NCBI GenBank assembly: GCA_012295275.1
Contig: CM022679.1
Location: 24,986,001 to 25,050,000, forward strand
Direction of reading: 5' to 3'
From: Chrysomallon squamiferum
Taxonomy: Eukaryota; Animalia; Mollusca
DNA: 64,000 bases
The position numbers were made by a program, and so were the translations under genes. Position 1 is the first letter of the stretch. Every line of letters begins with the position of its first letter. Shown piece by piece: positions 1 through 64,000 of the stretch. The notes beneath the pieces are model-generated. The model did no database searches, had not been told where the DNA came from, and saw only the letters and a list, made by a program, of their open reading frames with translations.

Positions 1-138
1 GTTTATTGGAGAATAGAGGATATTTATAAGTATATTAATTGATATAACTTTGTTCATGTAAAAGAGTAAAACAAATAATAATCTTATTAAGAAGAATAAA
101 ACCACCAACAATGTTTCTGTTGTAAAGGTAGTTCAAAC

Positions 139-13314
<13,176 letters not shown>

Positions 13315-13683
13315 TTTTTTCGTTTGGGTACCGACAATTTGACAGCAGACATCCAACCCTCAGACTTCCGTAAACATAAACTTGAAAAGTATCGAGACTA
13401 ATTCCTGCGTTAAATTATATTATTTGTACTTCCACCATTTTTCTAGAGCATTACATTAAACGAATCTTGTGCTGTGTGTTGTTCTTTTTGTATTTATATT
13501 ATTTTGTCCACTACCAAAATGCATTATTAAAAAGTTACGTACAAAACATCGATGATTATGGTGACGTAACGATAACAACGATGGCGAAAATAATTAAAAT
13601 GATTGTTAGAGATACATTTGATACTTGACAATAATAACAACACGTTCTTGAACTACTGTCATATGGTCTCACAAGACTACTAT

Positions 13684-13738
<55 letters not shown>

Positions 13739-14787
13739 GCTACTACTATTGCTACATAAAATAGTGTTTGATATTAGTTATATATGAAGGAATTAAACAG
13801 GTATATATATAAAACACATTTCAGTCAGTGATGTCGATATTTCATGTTATTGCTCATTTGTACATATCCGTGAAAATAAAAACAACAGCAACAATTGTAT
13901 AATGGAGTGTATGTCGACGACGACGACAGCAGCAGTAATAATAATAAACACAGTTAACTTCTTTCACTAACTTATAATTAATTGGACAGCTATCTGAACC
14001 TATTCACGCATGGCAGCATGACATATAAATCCACTACACGTTTCTACTGATAAGAAACTGGAGCTTGCTTATCTTCAGTGAGAATCAGGAATTTCTTTTG
14101 TTTCAAAATATTATGTAAGACTTAGCTAGGCGCCATACATTTTATTTTATTTTATTTTATTTTATTTTATTTTATAATTTTTTTTTTAAATTTATTTATT
14201 TAATTATTTATTATTATTATTATTTTTTTTTTTTTTTTTTTTTAACATTACGTTCTGAACCTCTTACTCTCTCAGATGTAGCAACCAATTCAAATAATGA
14301 CTGTTGTTTGTGTGAATTCATATGTTAACATTTAAAGTGTTTTCGTTCTAATTGATTTACGGTTCCGGCAGAATAGTTTTACGGGTCAGTATTACAAATA
14401 GTAATTTTCTTATCTCCCTTCGACCGGAACTGTTCAGAATAAAAAGTTCCGTCTTGGAAACCAGATAAACAAAACTCACACCAATCAATATTCAGACATT
14501 AATCAAACTAATTTGAAATCTAAAAATGTATATTCGCATACATTAAACAATGTTATAATCACGTTTGATATGTTACATGCATGTGGTTAATAACGTTGAT
14601 ATATCATACCGATAGGATCTATTTGAGGCGCGCAAGGCGTGAAACTTTGTTGTTTATTATTTTCGTTAGAGGGCCTGGATGTGTGGAAGCTTGAACTGGA
14701 AGTGAAGACTATGTATATTTGACATTAGTAGACTAATGGTGAAAGGAAACATAATTTTTGAATTGTACGATTAATCTGTGGTTAGCG
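13315..14787. promoter_or_regulatory. Divergent (head-to-head) promoter interval between EXOC7 and the PLAT-ankyrin gene
   Basis: The start codons lie about 1.47 kb apart on opposite strands. CpG is visibly more frequent here than in gene bodies. There are ETS-like CCGGAA (about 14424) and TTCCGG (about 14363), CRE-like TGACGT (13562) and E2F-like GGCGCG (about 14627) motifs. The TSSs cannot be determined. Confidence 0.6.
13675..13747. repeat. (TAC)n microsatellite
   Basis: Direct inspection. Confidence 0.9.
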
Positions 14788-38462
<23,675 letters not shown>

Positions 38463-40921
38463 ACTGTCCCTAGTGCCTTTACACATAAATTCATTTTTAT
38501 TTTGAAATTTCCATTACTGTTGGCTTAATCTGTTGTTTCAAACCTTCCCAGAGTCCTGTGCATTTTATAAAATATTCACTGTTATTGTTCCTGGTTCTGT
38601 TGTTTAATGTTATCGTGAATTTTTTCATGTATAACAATTCAGTTATAGTTCCTGGTTCTGTTACTGAATCTTATCATGAATCTTAATGTAAAAGATATTC
38701 ACTGTTATGCAGATAAAATCGTATTATCTGTTTTTCATTGTTCCTGGTTCTATTTTTTAATCCTGTTTTGTAGTATAAGATATTTACTGTTAGGCAAAAA
38801 ACGATTTCTTTTCAATGTTTCTGGCTGTTATATTAATCATTTCCTAAGTATAAAAAAAATATTTTATTCCGATAAAGGATCTTGCCTTTATCCTTTTTAT
38901 TGTTCATCATTCCATTACTTTCATTTTGTCAAGAGTCCAGAAGTTTGTCAAGCTTACTATTGTAATCATGAAGGTAATAATTTTACAGATACAAATATTT
39001 TATTGTCCACTTTTTATTGTTCCATCTCTATTATTGTAATCCTATTTAAAGTCAGTTAGTTTGAAATTATTACTTTCATTATTGTGTAGACCATAGATTT
39101 ACAGATACAATTTTTATTTTGTAATTTTAAACTATTCCTCAATTTTTTCACTTTAGACTTATCCACAATTTTAAAATTGTATATGTTTAATATTATGTAC
39201 ATTTAAAGGTACCTACAAATTTTAACATTTTTCTTTAGATATAAAACTATCTAATTTAATAAATAAAAAAAAAAAATGTCCTCTATATTTTCAGTTTAAT
39301 CTTCTTTAATTACATAGTTATTCAATTTGTTTACTGTTTTCTTTTTTTTAACTTTTTTCTGAATTAATCGCTTGACTTAATTCTATCATAGCAATGAATA
39401 TTTTTTTTAAAATCTACTTTTCATATTTGTTTCATCTTTTTTGTTCAGAATCTTTGAATGTTTAAAATATTTATTGTGACAATTATACATAAATTATGTA
39501 TAAGTCATACATAAATTTTAATATTACATAAAATATACAAGGTTTCACATTTTGTGAAACTGTTTATTAAACTGAGTGATTTGTCACATTTTTAAATGTT
39601 ATGTAGGGATGACTGAACAGTTTCAATAATATTCTTTTTTTATCACTAATTCTGATTTTTATTTTTAAATTCTTTGAATCTTAATTAAATAGGTCACACA
39701 TTTTTTAATAAAATTTTAAGGTTCTTTAATGCTGTAATATTGATTTTAATTATCTTTGTTATGTTTTAATTATTATTATTATTGTTATTACTACTACTAC
39801 TACTACTACTACTACTATTACTATTACTACTATTTCAATTACTATTAGTCCTTATAAATTCTGTCCACATAGTTATGATAGGATTAAAAAGATAGAATTA
39901 AAAAAAAAGAAAAATGAACATTGAGATTTCTAAAATGATTTCAGTTAGAAATATACATATATATATATATATCACTGTTTATATGTGTGAATCCAGATTT
40001 GTTTTCTAAGGTGGTGGTTGTGTCCCTGTTTTAGAAATATATCAGTTACTAGATGCATCAGATTTAAACAGTTTGATACTTTGGCTTTATTCATATACAG
40101 CCTCTTTAGTATTTGTTGAAATGCTTGCATAGTTATGTATCTAGTTTGTTACTGAAATTATATTATTACATAAGATTAGTTTATGTAATTTGATTTTAAA
40201 AATTTCATTAGTAAGCATTTTATTGCTCTTTCATAGAATTACATATATTTTTATCTCATTATTATTATTATTATTATTATTATGTGTGAGTATAGAGATA
40301 TATGTTCACATATAAAACATCTATTCATATTTGTATATATAATTTTGTTTAAATGTTACTTATTTGTATAAAATCAACGTGTATTTCTCTATAAGTAGTG
40401 TTTTTTATGAAAATCATATTTGCAATCATATACTGAGTAAAATTACATAGACTGTAAATTATTTTTTTTTTTTTTTTTATATGTGAAACTATTTATTGTT
40501 GTTACTAGTGCCTACAATTCTTAATAAAATTAAAACATATATTGCTCTATTTTTGTAAATTATTCACTAACTATACACTATTCAGTTTAAAACTTGAGAT
40601 ATATATATATATATATATATGATATAAAACAAGTGGGTGTCTATTACAGTGTAAAAGTCTGGGTTTCTCAGATATATTAAACAGGATTATAAGAATAAAG
40701 TTGTTTTTTTTTGTTTTTTTTCATTAGAAATTTAATTTAAAAATTCACCAATATTTTTACCATATTTAGATTATAATTTATTAAAAAGAAAAAAAAAAAA
40801 AAATAAAACGAAATCTGCAGTGGAATCTGTATTACTGTTTATTTTTCAATATTATGCTAAGAATTCGATCAGATAAGATCCAGTATACCATACTATGGTA
40901 TTATTTGTTATAAAATATCTG

Positions 40922-41224
40922 GTTACCATGGCAGTTGTAATGTTACAACAACAAAAATAATGATGATGATGTAGAAGGTAATGAAATTTATTTGTAAATT
41001 AAATTATAAACAATTATGTTGTAAATTATTATAATGATTATTTGTAAATATTTGAAAACATTACATTTGTTTCTATAGTAACTTTAGTGATTTTTTTTTA
41101 TTTAAATTATTTCTGTGACATATGAGTTTGAAAACATTTCATCTGTTACTAAAGTAACAAAAAAATTCTATCTGTTACTATGGTAACTGAAGTTTAAAAC
41201 ATTCCATCTGTTAACTATGGTATC
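40922..41224. promoter_or_regulatory. Cluster of RFX X-box-like palindromic motifs
   Basis: GTTTCTATAGTAAC (41069-82), GTTACTAAAGTAAC (41145-58), GTTACTATGGTAAC (41174-87), plus weaker copies at 40922 and 41210. Confidence 0.3.
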
Positions 41225-41712
41225 TGTGATTCAGATATAATTATTATACATAATCGTCTTCTTGTATTCTCAACTAATATCCATGTAACATTTCCTTATT
41301 TCTACATGAAACTGCAAAACACAAACACAAATATAGAAAATAATGCCTGTGATTTATAAATGAAATAAGTAATATTTTTAAACATGACCGTCCTTTTTTG
41401 AAAAAAAAATTATTGATATATTTTAATTTGTTTTAGAGTTTATGTTACTTTATGTTGTCTTATATGTAACAGCTGTGATATATTGAAATATATTTTACAC
41501 CTACATTACTTATTTATTGATATTTTTATTTATTTATTATTGATTAAAAAACACATCAGATATGTCACATTACTTTTATCCAGTTTTTATACTGGTTTGT
41601 TAATCATCCACCTACTAATGAAAATACTGCTGCCATTGTTATATAAGTATGTATTTATGTTAAAACACACATAATTATATACAGAACGAGAGAAGGTACA
41701 GAGAAAGAATAT

Positions 41713-41716
<4 letters not shown>

Positions 41717-41763
<47 letters not shown>
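41717..41763. repeat. (GA)n microsatellite
   Basis: Direct inspection. Confidence 0.9.
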
Positions 41764-41766
<3 letters not shown>

Positions 41767-43533
41767 GGAAATGAATGGAGAAAAAGAGAAGCAAGAAAAA
41801 AAAATAAAAAAAAAAGATGTGTACATACATAGATACACATCAAAACTGATTTTATATAACTATTTTCAATGGTTTTATTTTTATTTATTTTGTATCTATT
41901 TCTCATAAAACAGCATCACCACCCAATGTACTCTTATATTTTACAGCCACTGACTGATGAATTATGACCCTTTTCTGAACTAATTTTAATATATTCAGAA
42001 GAAAACAGTATAAATTACTGGCTACAACTGTTATTACAGAAAATAATTTTGGTGGCATTAAAAGACTGAGTGGATCTTTTTTGCACTGTTTGCAGTATTC
42101 TCAGTCTGTCAGGATTTTTTTGTATGTTCTAAATGTGTCGCTATTTTGGTCAGCCAATTGCATATAAAATAAATTAACAAATCTTAAATTTATTTGATCA
42201 TTGACATAAAATATTTGGTGTTTAATCATTTGTAATCTACAATTTAGATGTATTATTTCTTTTTAATGTTATCATATTTATATTGTATAATTTGTGTTTT
42301 AAATTTAGCCTGAATTATTATGTTTTTGTTTTTTTTACACATGCCATTAAATTCATTTGCACATATCAATAGTAATTTTGTTCTTAAAATAAATGTTACA
42401 CTGGAATATTTATTTAAAATAACTTCTATTTTATTTTTTGTTTTCACTACAATTAAAATGTAAAGAAGATGGGGTTTTTCAATTAAAATATTTATCTATG
42501 TAATATTTTTTATTTTTTTATTTGTTTTTACATTGGTTAAAAATACTTCTTTTGTTTTTAAAATTAAATAATTTATTCATACAGCACCAACATACAGAAT
42601 ATATTAATTTAGTTATAACAAACAAATCTTGTATTTAAGAATCCTGCCTGTTTTTCTTAAAAGTTATTTTTTTGACTCAAAATAAAAATTATACTTCAAT
42701 ACATACAAATTGTAAGCATTTAGAATTTGTTTTGTAATCATGTCCCATGTCAAATTGCTGAAGAAGTGTCCTTAATGTTTTTCCAGTTTAGTAGAGAAAT
42801 GTTTAAAAGAAAAGTTTAAGAGAAATGTTTAATTTTTACCATTTTGATCTGTCATGTCTATTCTGTGCTTCATGTGCCTACTGATAAATGTTGCCAAAGT
42901 TGTTTTTGTTCATTTTTCTCTGCATATTCTGTACCATGTTTTTTGTGATCTCTAGTTTCATAAAGAACAAACTGAACTCTTGTGTTGTCTGTTTTTCTTT
43001 CATTTGTGTTGTGACCCTGTTACCAGAAAGGAACACAGAGAAACTTGTCTTTAACAGGCTTTGAGGTGAGCAGCCACCTAAACAACATGGACACTTTTCT
43101 GCATCCCGAATGTTTTTCTATAGATACATCTCTTAAATCAGCAGACAGCATGTTTAAATTATTATTCTGCTGTTAATCGATCTGGTGTCTTTTCTCCAAA
43201 ATAATTTTTTTTGATGATTAAGCAGTTTTTAAAGATGTCATTGCCCATTTCAGTAAGGGAGTGCTGTTTTTGTCTAATCAACTGGAGTCTGTGAACTGTG
43301 TTAGGAGAAAGCTGTGATGCTTGCTATGGCAATGCCAATCCACAATGAATTATGTTTGTTGTGGGTACTGGTGTCATGGATGTGAATAAAGATTGTAAAT
43401 GTGTTTCAACAAATTGTCTAATTTGTATCTCTCCGATGAGAGGACACCTGCAGAGTAGGGACACTTTTGCTCAGACTCATATGAAGGTACAACTGTACTT
43501 TGTTTTTTTTGTAATCAACACATTAAAGTCACA

Positions 43534-43589
<56 letters not shown>

Positions 43590-45113
43590 TGTGTGAATGC
43601 ATGTGTGATGAAAAGTTTTAATGAAATATATTTTAAGATATTTTTCTCCTTCAATCAACTACTTTTTACTTTAACCATTTTCTTTATTTACAATTAGTCC
43701 ATCACTTAACAGTAACACAAGGGAATGCTTATAATGGACTATATAGGCCTATATTAATGATTTATCTAAGTTGTTTTTTTTTCTTTTCTAATTTTTCTTA
43801 TATTTGTCTTTATTATTTTATTTTTTAATTTATTTATGTACTTTATTTATTTATTTATTTAATTATAAATTTATTTATTATTATTATTTTTTTAATTATT
43901 ATTCATTATATCTTATCACTTTTGATTCTCTTTATTCTATTTCACATGTGATCCAGAACCCAACACTGACATGTGCCTTTCTACTTTGGTAATAGTCTGT
44001 TAGTAAAAAATAGCTCAAAGTGTGGCAATGGTATAGTTTCCCTTTTGTCTCACAATCAAGAAATCTTTCTATCTGCCTCTTGCCACTGACAGGAAAGTTC
44101 ATACATAACCTTTAATGAACCAGATAGGACATGTAGGTTTGAATGGGAAATAACGTGCTGTAACAACTCGATACATTTTTAAGAAGAATTCCTATGCCAC
44201 TGGAAATTTTCCATAAAACTTTAAAACACAAATCATTCTTAAACATCTTTTATTGTCTGTATAATGAATACAAACACATAAAAAAAACCCTGAAAATTAA
44301 AAAATTGTTATAGAAAATGTTATAGATAAATTGTTTATTAAGGCAAAATTTTTTATAATTACATGCAACAGAGTAAACTTGTGTAAAATAACACATGAAT
44401 GATGTAACATAATTTAAATTTATTTTTGTAACAGGTATTTCGATTTTTTTGCACATTCTTCAGACAATAGCAAACACTGAATAATAATCCAGATTTTCTG
44501 ATATTATAATTATCTGTAATGTTTGCAATAAACAATTTAAAAAAGAAAAACAAAAGAATAATAATAACTTTGGAATTAATATTTTTGGTACAATGTAATT
44601 CTTAAATACAAGTGAGTAGAACTATATAGATCTTAGACACTATTTTAGAATTTCACAAAACTGTATCTTAAATAACAAAAGAACAATTCAAATTTTCTTT
44701 ACTTAACTTAAAACTTTCAAGTGACCAGTTTTATTTCTTGTTTTATTAAATTTTTTATATGTACAATATTAAAATTGTAGAATTACACAAGACTATGTCT
44801 TAAATAAAACAAGAACAGGACACATTTTGTTTAATAAAATCAAACCTTTCATGTGACCAATTTTATTTACTGTTTTGAAATTTTGTATATATACAGTATT
44901 AAAAAATATAAAATGAATTGTAATTTTACAAATGTTTACAAAATGTTTCAAGCTTAGAAAACTGTTGAGTAAGGCAACATTGGCAATTGATATTTATAAA
45001 AATAGTAAAAATATTTCATAATAAATTTTAAGGCCACTTACTGATTTACATATTCAGAAGACAGATTAAAATCAATTAGGAATGAAAATGAATATACATA
45101 TAATATATATAAA

Positions 45114-45152
<39 letters not shown>

Positions 45153-47164
45153 TTTAATGCAAATAGGGATTAAAATTATTCATTAATGTTACACTTAATG
45201 AAAATTGGGATTATAATTTGTATTCAATATTACATTCAGTATAATTTGGAATTATAACATTTAATATAAACAGGGATAAAATCACATTTAATTTAAATTG
45301 GAATTACAATCTGTATTTAATATTATATATAATGTAAATTGGGATTAAAATTAATGTAACATTTAATCTACATGCAATGAGACTCAGCTGTTATGTCATT
45401 AGTTGTGCTTGATCTCAGTATGTGTACAGTGATTCTTTGAATAAAAATACTGATGAAAATTAAAATAAAATGTAAACAGTAATTGTAATTGGGACTATGA
45501 ACCATTTTTGATTAGTGCAAAGAAAACAATTTAATTATAGCAGTGTAGAAAAAAAAGAAGATACAAACACTTTTCTATATTCTTTAGTAAAAATCCTTTT
45601 TTACATAGATATATACTTTTCTGTGTACCAAATATCTTCAAACTTATTTTATTGTTATACTTTGTTATTAGCACATGTAAAATAGTACACATGTAATTCA
45701 CATGAGGTACATTTTGTTCATTATCTTCATAGTTGTACTTATATTATACATTACTAAAGAATACAATATTGACTCTACTCAAGGAATATATTATTAGAAC
45801 AGTGGTAAACATTTCACTGGAATATATTGGAATTCAAAAAAAATATATGAAAAAGAAAAAAGTAATTAATAAAAAAAATAATTAAAAAATAAGAACTGAG
45901 TTACATTCATATTGTATTGTTTTACAGATATATGTATATATATATATATATATTTAAAATGATTTATGAGTTATGAAAAACAGTTAAAATAACAACAGTT
46001 CCTTTTTACATGTATCAAACTGTTTTATACATTTAATAAAAAAAATGATTAATAAGTCTTCTGATTAAAATGCTTCCTAGTAAAGATTATTCCTTTAATT
46101 TTTACACACAAATTAAAAATGTTACAAAATTGATAACAGACTGCCATGGTTTTGGATATAGAACAATACAAAAATAGAATTTGCATTAAAATCATTTCTA
46201 TTTGATGTCTGTGATCCCCAAATCACAACCTGTCCCTCTCACACAAACACACCCACAACAGAGACACAGAAACACAAACAGAAAGGCAAACATACAAAAA
46301 TATAAAAGGCCATGGTAATTAATTCATCTGTCATGTAAATATATTAAATGCATACATAAAAAAGTATTTTATAAAATTAAACATGAACACTGGGATTGCA
46401 CATAAAAAACAGATGTCCATGAAACTCTGTACAGGATTTCAAAAAGGGAATATACTTTTGTAATGACAGATATAGTAACATTCATAAAGAAACATTTACT
46501 TCACTGTAAGAATAAAAAAATAACAATATCAGTCAAAAAAAAAAAGAAAAAAAAAAAGAAAAAGAAAGACAAATTAAATACAAGGTTGCATATTCTTTAA
46601 ATAATTCATTTAAAATTTATCACAACAAAGGTAACAGATATTGAAATTTGTATATATATATATGTACAAACAAACATAAAGTAGAGCTGCTGAGATATTG
46701 ACTTGTTAGTTTACCAGCGATTGACTAAAACATCATTTTAAACACTTTTCAAAATAACTGAAAAATAAAATGAGATATTTCAGATCTTCATCTATTTTTC
46801 CTCTCAGTAAGTTACAAACCCCTGTTTTTTTATATAAAATAAGCAGTAGTGTTTTCTTGAACCAAAATATGCATCAGGCATGCATAATTATTGCTGTTGT
46901 TGTTGTTGTCCTATTTATTTTGTTAATAAACATTTTAAAAGATAAAGAAATTTGTGTTAAAAATATGATATAAAAATCAATAGGTTAATAAGTAAAAATA
47001 TTTCTCAGTAAAAAATAATAAATTTTTAAACTTAATGCCAAAGACCAGGACAACAAGTACAAGTAATCTTGATACTTATTAATCTTCTGTTATAAAAATC
47101 TGAAAGAAAGCTTTTAATTACGTGTCTCTCTTTACAAGTACTGTTTGTAATTCTTTAACATCTG

Positions 47165-63953
<16,789 letters not shown>

Positions 63954-64000
63954 GTTGAAGTAGTAACTTACAAACACACAGACTGATGACTTTGTATACT

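Noticed and set aside
39542-39560. Perfect short hairpin gtttcaca-ttt-tgtgaaac in the 3' region
   Set aside because: An 8-bp stem is expected by chance in 64 kb of AT-rich DNA.
41236-43450. Exon-like minus-strand segments between the convergent genes
   Set aside because: All three frames close early and there is no recognisable homology. It could be UTR or lncRNA but cannot be supported.

Overview
This is eukaryotic, very AT-rich, microsatellite-dense genomic DNA. It looks invertebrate, plausibly molluscan, but that is inferred only from composition and repeat style. Most ORFs in the supplied track are artefacts of simple repeats. Manual splicing with GT-AG boundaries and consistent phases gives three multi-exon genes. 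(1) EXOC7/Exo70 on the minus strand (13314->139; 22 exons, 698 aa), whose second intron has a U12 minor-spliceosome signature. (2) A head-to-head plus-strand gene (14788->38462; 22 coding exons, 946 aa) with an unusual architecture: an ERICH3/FSIP2-like N-terminal motif, a single PLAT/LH2 domain, a polyQ/Ser-acidic linker and about 4-5 ankyrin repeats. (3) A convergent TMC-family channel gene on the minus strand (63953->47165; 18 exons, about 761 aa, CWET motif). Notable observations are the PLAT-ankyrin gene next to a TMC channel, many tandem duplications anchored on splice junctions (one of which could add an in-frame hydrophobic 33-aa segment to the TMC), a TA-flanked Tigger/pogo-type MITE, an intronic satellite with 24/48/144-bp higher-order structure, and a cluster of RFX X-box-like motifs. 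No tRNA, rRNA or CRISPR array was seen.
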